Positions 1-8,763 of a DNA stretch of 32,000 nt are shown one piece after another. Under the pieces are notes generated by a model. It was not told the origin of the DNA, did no database searches, and saw nothing but the letters and a program-made list of their open reading frames with translations. The stretch's first letter is position 1; the number at the start of each line of letters is the position of its first letter. Position numbers and translations under genes: made by a program. This DNA is from Kofleriaceae bacterium (lineage in GTDB: Bacteria; Myxococcota_A; Polyangia; Haliangiales; Haliangiaceae). The stretch spans positions 34,905-66,904 of the forward strand of contig DASXZM010000041.1 in the NCBI GenBank assembly GCA_036501885.1, written 5' to 3'.

Positions 1-225
1 GCGATCGACGAGCGTGCGCTCGACCGTGACTCGCTCGGCGCGCAACGCCACATCTCGAACGACCGGCTCGGCGACCACGTGCGTCTCGAGATGAACGCCG
101 CTGGCGTCGACGTGCCGCTTGCCGACGTCGAGATCCTCGGTGACGACCTGCACGCGTACGTCATCGTCGTTCGCCGGCCGCGGGATCTGCGATTCGACCG
201 GGCCGCGCGTCGCGGGCGGCGGCAT
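1..225 (-). CDS. YsnF/AvaK (DUF2382) domain protein, N-terminal part; the CDS continues past the window start
   Basis: Not in the supplied track because it has no stop in the window. Minus-strand translation from ATG 225..223 reads MPPPATRGPVESQIPRPANDDDVRVQVVTEDLDVGKRHVDASGVHLETHVVAEPVVRDVALRAERVTVERTLVDR. The 'EDLDVGKRxV..G.V.L.T.V....V...V.LR.E.V.VER' pattern is the DUF2382 repeat as I remember it. GC3 is high downstream of this ATG and clearly lower upstream. Confidence 0.55.
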   Translation of the reverse strand, partial: MPPPATRGPVESQIPRPANDDDVRVQVVTEDLDVGKRHVDASGVHLETHVVAEPVVRDVALRAERVTVERTLVDR

Positions 226-536
226 GTCCTGCCGACCGTCATCTCTATTGTGATCGAAGAACCAGTGTCGATGTTTGCTAGTGTCTTTCATAAGCGTCCG
301 TCGCGCTCGCGCGGCTTCCTCTACCCCGCGAAGTTGCATCTCGTGCGCCGACGCGACCTGATCGGTGTGATTACGTGGCGCCGCCGCGCACTCCGATCGG
401 CGGTTCGACCGCGTGATCGCTCGCACTCCCGCGAGCGCGAACGCTCATCGTCTGGCGTGCTGATTCCCACTGATTCCACGCCGGTACGGCTTCCAGCACG
501 CACAAACGTGATATTCCGTGGTTCTCGGAGGATCGA
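226..536. promoter_or_regulatory. Divergent intergenic/promoter region between the YsnF-like gene and the acylase gene
   Basis: A 311-bp non-coding gap that is locally AT-richer (e.g. 241-300). It holds a tandem direct repeat TGATTCCCAC/TGATTCCACG at 461-480. GGAGG at 527-531 lies 5 nt before ATG 537. Confidence 0.4.
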
Positions 537-3500
537 ATGCGCGCAAGAAGCGTCGCTACTGCCTGCTTGATTGTCGTCTTTGGCTCGTGCGGCGGATCGA
601 ATAACAATTCGTCTCTGACGATCACGCCCATCGGATCAGGTGGCGCGCTGGCGGTCTACGGCCCGACAGACTTCAAAGCGAACCTCGTCAATAGCGACGC
701 GCCGATCACGTGGTCGGTCACCGGCGGTGGCTCGATCACGACGATGGCCGGCGATCACACGACGTTCGTGCCTCCGGCCGGAAGCGCGGCCGAGACGCTG
801 ACCGCGACCGCGGGCGATCTCACGGCGACCGTGATGATCGAATCGTCGCCGATGGTGCTGACGCCCGGCTCGATCCCCGGGCTCACCGCGCCGGTGATCG
901 TGCAGTACGACGCGCAGGACATCCCGCACGTCAACTGCGCGCAGGCGATCGATTGCCTCGCCGCGCAAGGCTACCTGCAAGCGCGCGATCGCTTGTTCCC
1001 GATGGAGTTCCTGCGCCACGTCGCGCGCTCGAACCTGTCGGAGATGATCGGTGTCGCCGGGCTCAGCCAGGACATCCAGATCCGCAACTTGTTCGTGACG
1101 CGCGCCGGGCATCGCGTCGAAGAAGATCTCGCCGCGGCGATGGATCCGAACACGCGCGGCTTGCTCGACGCGTTCCTCGGCGGCATCAACGCGTACATCG
1201 CGCAGCTGCAAGCGACGCAAGGCGACCAGCCGCTCGGCGGCGAATATCTTCAGCTGCCGTATCGGCTCACCGCCAACGATCTCCAGCCGTGGACCGAGGT
1301 CGACACGCTGGCGCTCGCGCGGCTCGAGCAGTTCCAGCTGTCGGAGGGGATCGGTGAAGAGAGCGCGTACGGCACGTTCGTCGCGGCCTACGGCCCGACC
1401 TCCGACAAGACCACCGCATGGATCCGCGCCGCCTCGCCGACGACGGAACAAGCGCACACGCTCGCCGCGACGGGGTTCACGTCGTCGGTCGCGCGCAAGC
1501 CGCTCGCGGTCAAGCCGAGCGCGCCGAGCATGGGGCCGTGGGGCAGCCAGCTCGCACAGGTTCGCGACTCGATGCTCGCGCTCGACGGACGGCTGCGCCC
1601 GCTGCGCACGTCGGTCGGCTCGAACAACTGGGTCGTGTCGGCCATGATGTCGGCGACCGGCGTGTCGATGGTCGCGAACGATCCGCACCTCGGCCTGCAG
1701 TACCCGCCGCTGTTCCACCTCGTGACGATGACGTCGCAAAATCCGAGCGACAACCTCAATCTCGCGGGCGGATCGTTCCCGGGCATCCCGGGCGCGCTCG
1801 TCGGCCGCGGTGCGAACGTCGGCTGGGGCGTCACCGTCGTCGGCTACGACGTCACCGACCTCTACCTCGAGACGCTCGACGAGAATCCGGCCACGTGCCC
1901 GGCGATCGCCGCCAGCGTGCCGTGCGTGAAGTTCAACGGCGCCTCGGTCACGCCGGTGGTCGTGCCCGAGACGTACACGGTTCGCGTCGGACCGGGCTCG
2001 GCGGGCCTCGTCGACTCGAAGACGCTGAGCCTCGGCTCGTCGGCGCCGCCGCCCGCGGTGCTCGTCGTGCCGGAGCACGGACCGATCATCTCGATCGATA
2101 TCGCCGGCGGCACCGCCGTCAGTGCGCGCTGGACCGGCCAGGAAGGCAACACGCAGGACCTCAAGGGGATCTGGGGCCTCAACACGGCCACCGACGTCGA
2201 CAGCGCGATGGCCTCGCTTACGTACTTCTCGACGGGCGCGCAGAACTTCGTGCTCGCCGACGATCAGGGCAACATCGCGTACGACCCGCACGCGCTCGTG
2301 CCGGTGCGTAACTTCGCCGACGCGCGCACGGCTCAGTTCTCGCCGACGACGCCGCCGTGGTTCCCGCTGCCGGGCGACGGCACGCCGAACGTCGAGTGGG
2401 GCGACGGCAGCGACAACTGCGCCGCCGGCTCCGGCGTCGCGGCTGCGTGCTGGATCCCGGACGCGCAGCTGCCGCAGGGCAAGAACCCCGCCAAGGGCTA
2501 CTTCTTCACCGCGAACGCCGATCCGACCAACACCGGCTCGAACGGCGGCGGCGTCTCCGACGGCAACAGCCCGCTGTCGTTCCCGCCGTACCTCAGCTTC
2601 GACTGGGACGACTCGAGCGGCTTCCGCGCGACGCGCATCGACCAGATGCTGCACGACACGATCAGCGCGAACGGAACCGTCGGGCTCGCCGACATGGAAG
2701 CGATGCAGTCGGATCACTACTCGCGGCCGGGCAAGGCGTTCGTCGACATCATCGACACGATGACGCTGACCGATCCGAACGCCCTGATGGCGAAGACCCG
2801 CCTCGACGGATGGGCGCAGGCCGGCTACGACTGCCCGTCCGGCCTGATCGGCAGCGATCCGAACGAGAGCCCGATCGATCCGACGCAAGCGGTCGTGACC
2901 AACTCGAGCGACTGCTTCTTGTTCCACACGTTCCTGCGCACGCTGTTGTCGAACGTGTTCATCGACGACCTCACGCCGATCGGCGCCCAGCTCGACGACA
3001 ACGTCGTGCAGGCGGTCAAGGCGATGCTGTACATGCTGACCAGCGATCCGACGAACTCGTTCTGCAACGATGCAGGCGGCGCGTCGCACACCTGCGCGGA
3101 GCAGGTCGAGACCGCGCTCGCGCAGGCGTACGTGCAGCTCACGACCAGCGTGAGCTCGGTCGCGGACGATTGGGTCTGGGGCCGCGTGCACACGCTGACG
3201 ACCGTGCCGCTGCTCGCGCTCGTCACGAATGGCTACGAGCCGGGTCCGTTCGCGCGGCCGGGCGGGTTGTTCACCGTCGACGTCGGCAACCCGTCGCAGG
3301 AGACGTCGTCGGGCCTATCGTTCCCGTATGCGTCGGGCGGCAACGTTCGCCACATCTCGCTGATGAACGCCGCGACGCCGGTCGTGAAGATGCAGCTGCC
3401 CGGCCCCGAGCGCGACGGCCCCGACACCGTCATCGGGCCCGACCTGCTCGGCCAGTGGGTTCTCAACGAGTACTTCGACTTCGCGTTCGGCGATCAGATC

Positions 3501-3545
3501 AACTCCGTCGCCGTCTCCAGCCAGACGTTCACCAGCGCCCAATGA
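537..3545 (+). CDS. Penicillin acylase family (S45 Ntn-hydrolase) lipoprotein with an N-terminal Ig-like extension; possible acyl-amide/AHL acylase
   Basis: Strong SD. Lipobox LIVVFGSC. Family motifs AAQGYLQARDRLFPMEFLRH, the autoprocessing/nucleophile site GSNNWVVS, and ANDPHLGLQYPPLF. Residues ~25-105 (ITWSVTGGGSI...TATAGDLTATVMI) look like a bacterial Ig-like module. Confidence 0.88.
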   Translation: MRARSVATACLIVVFGSCGGSNNNSSLTITPIGSGGALAVYGPTDFKANLVNSDAPITWSVTGGGSITTMAGDHTTFVPPAGSAAETLTATAGDLTATVMIESSPMVLTPGSIPGLTAPVIVQYDAQDIPHVNCAQAIDCLAAQGYLQARDRLFPMEFLRHVARSNLSEMIGVAGLSQDIQIRNLFVTRAGHRVEEDLAAAMDPNTRGLLDAFLGGINAYIAQLQATQGDQPLGGEYLQLPYRLTANDLQPWTEVDTLALARLEQFQLSEGIGEESAYGTFVAAYGPTSDKTTAWIRAASPTTEQAHTLAATGFTSSVARKPLAVKPSAPSMGPWGSQLAQVRDSMLALDGRLRPLRTSVGSNNWVVSAMMSATGVSMVANDPHLGLQYPPLFHLVTMTSQNPSDNLNLAGGSFPGIPGALVGRGANVGWGVTVVGYDVTDLYLETLDENPATCPAIAASVPCVKFNGASVTPVVVPETYTVRVGPGSAGLVDSKTLSLGSSAPPPAVLVVPEHGPIISIDIAGGTAVSARWTGQEGNTQDLKGIWGLNTATDVDSAMASLTYFSTGAQNFVLADDQGNIAYDPHALVPVRNFADARTAQFSPTTPPWFPLPGDGTPNVEWGDGSDNCAAGSGVAAACWIPDAQLPQGKNPAKGYFFTANADPTNTGSNGGGVSDGNSPLSFPPYLSFDWDDSSGFRATRIDQMLHDTISANGTVGLADMEAMQSDHYSRPGKAFVDIIDTMTLTDPNALMAKTRLDGWAQAGYDCPSGLIGSDPNESPIDPTQAVVTNSSDCFLFHTFLRTLLSNVFIDDLTPIGAQLDDNVVQAVKAMLYMLTSDPTNSFCNDAGGASHTCAEQVETALAQAYVQLTTSVSSVADDWVWGRVHTLTTVPLLALVTNGYEPGPFARPGGLFTVDVGNPSQETSSGLSFPYASGGNVRHISLMNAATPVVKMQLPGPERDGPDTVIGPDLLGQWVLNEYFDFAFGDQINSVAVSSQTFTSAQ

Positions 3546-3556
3546 GAGGACCATCC

Positions 3557-6500
3557 ATGTCTCGCCTTCTCTTTGTCGCGGCGCCCGCTCTCGCCGTGCT
3601 CGCCATGGCGGCGTGCAAGCCGGACCTGCCCGACACGCCTCCACAGACGTTCGTGATCGCCGAGTTCGATCCGACGACCAGCTCGATCCCGCTGCCGAAC
3701 GATCTCGTGCTGCTCCAGCCGGCGAACTCGCTGTGCACGCCGCCCGCACCGGACGGCTCGCCCGCGTGCGCCGAGGCCGAGCTGATCCAGTCGTTCAAGG
3801 ACGCCAAGGGCTTCCCGAGCGATCAGGCAGTCGACGTCACGGTCGACTTCACCGAGACCATGTTCGACGCGAACGGAAGCGCGACCCAGAGCGCGCCCGA
3901 TCTCGATCTCACCACGTTCACGCCGAGCACGTTCTTCGTCGAGGGCATGAACGCCGGCGGCACCGGCGAGATCGAGGTCGAGCCGATCCAGGCCGGCGAC
4001 TACGTGAAGCTCGCCGATCACGGCGAGCTCACGATCCACAACAAGGGCGACCAGCCGTGGCCGCCCGGCGAGTACGCCGTGCTGATCCGCGGCGGCGCCA
4101 ACGGCGTGATGACGACCGGCAAGCTGCCGGTCGAGCCGTCGCAGATCTTCTACCTGCTCGAGCAGAACGTCGATCTGTCGAACCCGAAGAACAACGGCCT
4201 GCTCAAGGCCGAGCTCGGCTCGCAAGAAGCCGCGAACAGCGAAGGCCTGCAACTCGACGAGGTCGAGGCGCTGTGGAGCCAGTTCGCGTTCCCGACGGCC
4301 GACACGCGCTTCCCGCACGAAGAGCTCGCCGTCCTCACCACGTTCGCGATCCAGCCGACGGTGACGAACGTGTCGATCGATCCGGCGCGCAGCCTCGTGC
4401 CGCTGCCGATCGATCTGTTGCGCGATCCGAACACCGGCAAGCTCAGCGCGCTCGCCGCGTGCACGCTCGCCGGCAGCTCGCTCGACGCGAACGGCAACTG
4501 CCCGAGCGCGGCGGCCGCCGGCTTCGAGGCGCTCGACGGCTTCTCGACGACGGGCGCGATCCTGGGGCCCACCTCGGATCTGATCGACGGCACGTCGATC
4601 AACGGCAGCGACTTGCAGCTGTGGGACCTCAGCGACGTCAACAACCCGGTGCAGGTCGATCCGAATACCCTGATCCTCGAGCCGTGCGAGTTCACGTCGG
4701 GCTGCAACCAGCCGACCGAGCTGTCGCCGGTGATCGCGATCCAGCCCGCCGGCGCGACCGCGAGCGACCCGACGAGCGTGTTCCGCACCAAGCCGCTCAA
4801 GGACGCGACCGACTACGCGGTCGTGATGACGACCGGCATCAAGGACAAGGCCGGCAACCCGATCGGCCCCGGCACCGTCGCGAAGATCCTGCACTTCACG
4901 AATCCGGTCTACGTGAACGGCGCCTCGCAGCTCACCGGCATCGACAACGGGACCGCGCAGTCGGTCGAGGCCATGCGGCTCGAGCTCGCGCCGCTGTTCG
5001 CGAAGCTGTCGGCGGCGGGCACCGACTTCTCGAAGATCGGCATCGCGTACACGTTCCACACGCAGACGATCTTGTCGCAGGCGAACCAGCTCGCGGCGCT
5101 GACGTACGATCCGCCGCTCAACGTCTCCAACAACGAGATCGGCGCCATCACGAACGAGACGGCAACGACGGCGTTCCAACGATTCGGCGTCGACGCGACG
5201 CAAGTGCCGCTGGCCTCGATCGGGAGCGTGTTCGAGTTCGACATCGATACGTTGAACGCGCTCGATCCCCTCACCGGCGCGTTCCTTTCCGATCCGACCA
5301 CCGCGGCGACTGAGCAGATCCATGTGCTGATGGCGCTGCCCGCTCCCACGAACCCCAACATCCCGGCGTGCACCGGTGCGGCCGCCCCGCTCGGCGCGCT
5401 CGGCCTCAAATGCGCGCCGCTGATGATCTTCCGCCATGGCCTCGGCGGAGGTCGCGCCGACATGCTCACGGTCGCCAACACGTTCACCGCGGCCGGCATG
5501 GTCGTGGTGGCGATCGATGCGGCCAAGCACGGCGATCGCTCGTTCTGCACGCCGAACGGGACGCCCGGTCAATGCGCGGCTGACACCGCCACTGCGACGA
5601 CCTGTACGACACAGCTGCCGTCGGGTGCGCAGGGCGACATGAACCCGCCCGGCACGTGTCCGCCCGTACTGCCCAACAATCCGACTGGCTTCACGTACCT
5701 GCCCGTGAGCTCCTCGTGTCTCGCGAACCCGATCGCGTGTGGCTGGGACGGCAATGAAGGCATCCCAGCGGTCGCCGGTAACTACCTCATCACCTCGAAC
5801 TTCTTCCGCACGCGCGACACGCTTCGCCAGGATCTGATCGACGAAGGCGATCTGACGCGCGTCGTCGCATTCGCGCCGCCAGCGAACTACGCGGGAGGAA
5901 ACACGTTGTTCGATACAATGTCGACGACCCTCGGCTACGTCGTCGACCCGACGACGATCTACTTCTCGGGCCAATCGCTCGGCTCGATCTCGGGCGCCGC
6001 GGACGTCGCGACGAACCCGCGCATCACGAAGGCTGGATTCAACGTCGGCGGCGGCACCGTCGTCGACGTGTTCACGAATTCGCCGGCGTTTATCAGCGAG
6101 ACCGACGCGCTGCTCGCGAGCCTCGGCATCACGCCGGGCACGTCGGCGTACTTGCAGTTCCTCGTGGTCGCCAAGACCGTGCTCGACCCGGCCGATCCGA
6201 TCAACTTCGTCGGCCACATCACGCAGGATCCGCTGCCGAGCCTGTTGCCCGGCGTGAATCCGCCGTCGCGCGTGGCGCTGTCGCAAGCCGCGTACTGCGA
6301 TCAGACCGTACCGAACCCGTGGAACTTCATCTACGCGAACAACCTCGGCGCGAACCCGCTGCCGCCGACCGGCGCGCCGGGCACGCTGCCCGCGGTGTTC
6401 GAGCTGTTCGTCGGCCCGAGCTACGCGACCGATCCGAGCTGCGCGGCCTCCGGTGTCGAGCACGGGTTCATCACCGACTGGTCGAACGCCACCATCACCT

Positions 6501-6568
6501 CGAACGCGCAGACCGACATCGCGAACTTCGTCATGCTCGGCACCGTGCCGCCGTCGATCCAGGAATAA
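3557..6568 (+). CDS. Secreted alpha/beta-hydrolase lipoprotein, Pla-1/cef-type extracellular lipase-like
   Basis: ATG 3557 with GAGAGGA upstream, 11 nt after the acylase stop. Lipobox LAMAAC. N-terminal lipase-type motifs IPLPNDLVLL and VPLPIDLL...FEALDGFSTTG. Hydrolase core FRHGLGGGRADML...VVAIDAAKHGDRS and nucleophile elbow GQSLGS. The track ORF 2357..6568 starts far upstream in an Arg-rich overlap with the acylase. Confidence 0.8.
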   Translation: MSRLLFVAAPALAVLAMAACKPDLPDTPPQTFVIAEFDPTTSSIPLPNDLVLLQPANSLCTPPAPDGSPACAEAELIQSFKDAKGFPSDQAVDVTVDFTETMFDANGSATQSAPDLDLTTFTPSTFFVEGMNAGGTGEIEVEPIQAGDYVKLADHGELTIHNKGDQPWPPGEYAVLIRGGANGVMTTGKLPVEPSQIFYLLEQNVDLSNPKNNGLLKAELGSQEAANSEGLQLDEVEALWSQFAFPTADTRFPHEELAVLTTFAIQPTVTNVSIDPARSLVPLPIDLLRDPNTGKLSALAACTLAGSSLDANGNCPSAAAAGFEALDGFSTTGAILGPTSDLIDGTSINGSDLQLWDLSDVNNPVQVDPNTLILEPCEFTSGCNQPTELSPVIAIQPAGATASDPTSVFRTKPLKDATDYAVVMTTGIKDKAGNPIGPGTVAKILHFTNPVYVNGASQLTGIDNGTAQSVEAMRLELAPLFAKLSAAGTDFSKIGIAYTFHTQTILSQANQLAALTYDPPLNVSNNEIGAITNETATTAFQRFGVDATQVPLASIGSVFEFDIDTLNALDPLTGAFLSDPTTAATEQIHVLMALPAPTNPNIPACTGAAAPLGALGLKCAPLMIFRHGLGGGRADMLTVANTFTAAGMVVVAIDAAKHGDRSFCTPNGTPGQCAADTATATTCTTQLPSGAQGDMNPPGTCPPVLPNNPTGFTYLPVSSSCLANPIACGWDGNEGIPAVAGNYLITSNFFRTRDTLRQDLIDEGDLTRVVAFAPPANYAGGNTLFDTMSTTLGYVVDPTTIYFSGQSLGSISGAADVATNPRITKAGFNVGGGTVVDVFTNSPAFISETDALLASLGITPGTSAYLQFLVVAKTVLDPADPINFVGHITQDPLPSLLPGVNPPSRVALSQAAYCDQTVPNPWNFIYANNLGANPLPPTGAPGTLPAVFELFVGPSYATDPSCAASGVEHGFITDWSNATITSNAQTDIANFVMLGTVPPSIQE

Positions 6569-6572
6569 GAAG

Positions 6573-7829
6573 ATGCGCAAGCTTATCCTCGCAACGTCGC
6601 TCCTGGCCCCCGCCGCCGCGTATGCCGGTGGCTACGCCATTCCCGACGAGAACGCGCGCACGCTGGCGCTCTCGCAATCCGATCTCGCCGATCAAACCGG
6701 CGCCGAGGCGATCCTGATCAACCCGGCGGGTATGGCGGGTCAGATCGGCCTCGACGTGTCGGCGAGCCTCGAGTGGCTCGACAACCGCACCGATTATTCG
6801 GATCCGAACCTCGGCACGTCGAGCCTGCTCTCGCACGCCAACACGCCGCCCGCCGGTGCGGTGTCCTTCGGCGACGTGCTGCCGAACGACATGATGTGGG
6901 CCGCGGGCATCGGCTTCCACGTTCCGTACGGCGGCGCGCTGAACTGGCCCGACGGCTGGCAGGGCCAGGAATACGTCCGGACCGTCGACCAAAAGATCTA
7001 TCAGATGACGGCCGGCGCGGCGTTCCAGCCGCTGCCGTACCTCAGCATCGGCGCCGCGTACGTGCGGTACCAGGTCACCGAAGAGCTGCACCAGGCGGTC
7101 AACTTCGTCGATCATTACGGCGATGCCGGCATCGGTATGTCGGGCGGCTCGAGCTCGTTCATGCTCGCGGCGCAGGGCAAGCTGCCGTGGATCCCGCTGC
7201 AGCTCGCGGTGTCGTTCAAGTACAAGGGCTCGACGCAGATCGACGGCAACGCGCACTTCACCGACGTGCCGCCGGCGTTCTCGACCACGCTGCAAGACCA
7301 GAGCGTCACCGAGCAGATCGCGATCCCGTCGGAGATTCACGCCGGCGCGGCCTACGAGGTGATTCCAAATCTCAGCGTGATGTTCACGTTCACGAACGAG
7401 TTCTGGAGCATCTATCACAGCGACACGTTCGTCGGCAGCACGGGCTTTACGGTGAACGTCCCGCGCGACTACAACGACGCGCAGGTCTACCGGCTCGGCG
7501 CCGAGTGGGCGCACGTGCCGTTCTGGTCGCCGCTGACGTTGCGGATCGGCGCGCTGCGCAGCATCTCGCAGCAGCCGACGGCGACGTTGTCGCCCTCGCT
7601 CACCGACGGCGACAGCTGGGCGGTCTCGGTCGGCGCGGGCTACGAGATCATTCCCGACCTGCGGATCGACCTCGGCTACCAGCACGCGTTCTTCGACACC
7701 GTGACCGCGAGCGGCATCGACACGCTGCCCGGCACGTACAAGACGCAGGTCGACTTGCTCTCGCTCGGCGTGAACTGGCGCTTCGATCTGCTCGGCCGCA
7801 CGAGCTCGAACGACCCGACGCAGAAGTGA
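6573..7829 (+). CDS. Outer-membrane transport protein, OMPP1/FadL/TodX family (hydrophobic-compound channel)
   Basis: ATG 6573 lies 4 nt after the lipase stop. Signal peptide MRKLILATSLLAPAAAYA. FadL-like N-terminal hatch GGYAIPDENARTLALSQSDLA...ILINPAGMAG. Alternating beta-strand pattern ending LSLGVNWRF. Confidence 0.82.
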   Translation: MRKLILATSLLAPAAAYAGGYAIPDENARTLALSQSDLADQTGAEAILINPAGMAGQIGLDVSASLEWLDNRTDYSDPNLGTSSLLSHANTPPAGAVSFGDVLPNDMMWAAGIGFHVPYGGALNWPDGWQGQEYVRTVDQKIYQMTAGAAFQPLPYLSIGAAYVRYQVTEELHQAVNFVDHYGDAGIGMSGGSSSFMLAAQGKLPWIPLQLAVSFKYKGSTQIDGNAHFTDVPPAFSTTLQDQSVTEQIAIPSEIHAGAAYEVIPNLSVMFTFTNEFWSIYHSDTFVGSTGFTVNVPRDYNDAQVYRLGAEWAHVPFWSPLTLRIGALRSISQQPTATLSPSLTDGDSWAVSVGAGYEIIPDLRIDLGYQHAFFDTVTASGIDTLPGTYKTQVDLLSLGVNWRFDLLGRTSSNDPTQK

Positions 7830-7831
7830 TT

Positions 7832-7877
7832 GCGCAGGACTCTGCGCGTTCGCGCGAGTCATCACTGATGACGCGCG
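7832..7877 (+). terminator. Two stem-loops just after the FadL stop (possible intrinsic terminator, no clear U-tract)
   Basis: GCGCAG-gact-CTGCGC at 7832-7847. CGCG(a)GTCAT-cactg-ATGAC(g)CGCG at 7853-7877. Pairing was checked by hand only. Confidence 0.3.
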
Positions 7878-7923
7878 TGGGCAGCTTTCGCGGGTCAACC
7901 GCGCGAGCCTGCGCGTCGTGTGT

Positions 7924-8763
7924 ATGGCGCGCAGCTCGCACACGGCGAGCGCGATGCGCGCGCTGTGGTTCCTAGTCCTCTTCACCGCATGCACGTCGAA
8001 CGTGCCCGGCGATTCGGACGAGTCGGTCGGTTTCGGCGATCAAGTCGACGAGGGCTGGACGAGCGTCGGTTACGGCGTCGAGTACCAGCAACAAAACGCG
8101 GGCAGCGCATTCTTGATCGTCTACGGCGGCTACCAGGCGGAGATCTCGTGGTCGTCGGCGTGGGCGACCGAGCTCGTCGACGTGAAGCTCGGCAGCGCCG
8201 GCATCGGCCGCGTCTACGCGGTGCAGGGCCCGGAAGATCCGGGCTACGACGCGAAGGAGATCGGCAACTCGAAGCTGCGCGCGCAGCTCGCGACGATCGA
8301 CGACGGCGTCTCGCCGATCATCGTCGTCGCGCACTCGAGCGGCGTGTTCGTCGCGCACGAGCTGCTCGATCAGCTCTACAACGCCGGGCAAGACGACGTC
8401 CTCGCGCGCATCTCGTACGCGAACCTCGACGGCGGCGGCACCGGGCTCACCGACGACATCGTCGCCGACCTCGGCCAGATCACGTTCGCGTATGCACACG
8501 ACCCGACGCTCGACGACGGCTACTCCGAGAACCACGACAGCGCGATCGATCTCGGCGAGGAGTACGCACCGAAGGCGACGACATTCGAGGTCACGGTGCC
8601 GAACACCGGCTGCGACGACGGCGCCGGCTGGTGCCTGCACGACGTGCTGGTCACGCATCGCCCGCACGATCCGACGTTCTACGATCTCGCCGACGACTAC
8701 ACCGACTTCGACAATCGCACGCCGACGACCGAGTACCTGGATCAGTTCCTGTCGACGAAGTAA
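7924..8763 (+). CDS. Hypothetical lipoprotein with a possible alpha/beta-hydrolase-like serine elbow
   Basis: Signal peptide plus lipobox (M)ARSSHTASAMRALWFLVLFTAC. High GC3. IIVVAHSSGVFVAHEL resembles an Sm-x-Ser-x-Sm nucleophile elbow. The start is ambiguous (7918 GTG, 7924 ATG or 7954 ATG). Confidence 0.6.
   Translation: MARSSHTASAMRALWFLVLFTACTSNVPGDSDESVGFGDQVDEGWTSVGYGVEYQQQNAGSAFLIVYGGYQAEISWSSAWATELVDVKLGSAGIGRVYAVQGPEDPGYDAKEIGNSKLRAQLATIDDGVSPIIVVAHSSGVFVAHELLDQLYNAGQDDVLARISYANLDGGGTGLTDDIVADLGQITFAYAHDPTLDDGYSENHDSAIDLGEEYAPKATTFEVTVPNTGCDDGAGWCLHDVLVTHRPHDPTFYDLADDYTDFDNRTPTTEYLDQFLSTK

Noticed and set aside
226-291. Alternative upstream ATGs (291, and further at 339) for the YsnF-like gene
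   Set aside because: GC3 in codons 291-226 is about half G/C, versus about 90% in genuine coding sequence here. I therefore prefer ATG 225, but cannot exclude the longer form.
453-467. Sigma-54-like element TGGCGTG-N4-TTCC upstream of the acylase gene
   Set aside because: The -24 GG fits, but the invariant -12 GC is replaced by CC, so it fails the core consensus.
79-570. 163-aa plus-strand ORF crossing the first intergenic region
   Set aside because: It overlaps the YsnF-like minus-strand CDS and the acylase start. The translation is Arg-rich and it spans the AT-richer non-coding stretch.
636-3191. 851-aa minus-strand ORF opposite the acylase gene
   Set aside because: The translation is Arg/Ala/Asp-rich and low-complexity, with no recognisable motif. 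It is antisense to a gene with strong family motifs. Long open antisense frames are expected at this GC content.
2357-3556. 5' extension of track ORF 2357..6568 (1403 aa)
   Set aside because: The upstream 400 codons overlap the acylase in another frame and are Arg-rich nonsense. A lipoprotein signal peptide with a good SD begins at 3557.
3494-6580. 1028-aa minus-strand ORF opposite the lipase gene
   Set aside because: Arg/Asp/Gly-rich translation without motifs. It is antisense to a homology-supported CDS.
6531-7994. 487-aa minus-strand ORF and the 400-aa plus-strand ORF (6773..7975) overlapping the FadL gene
   Set aside because: Both are Arg-rich with no motifs. The FadL frame has a signal peptide, the hatch motif and a beta-barrel pattern.
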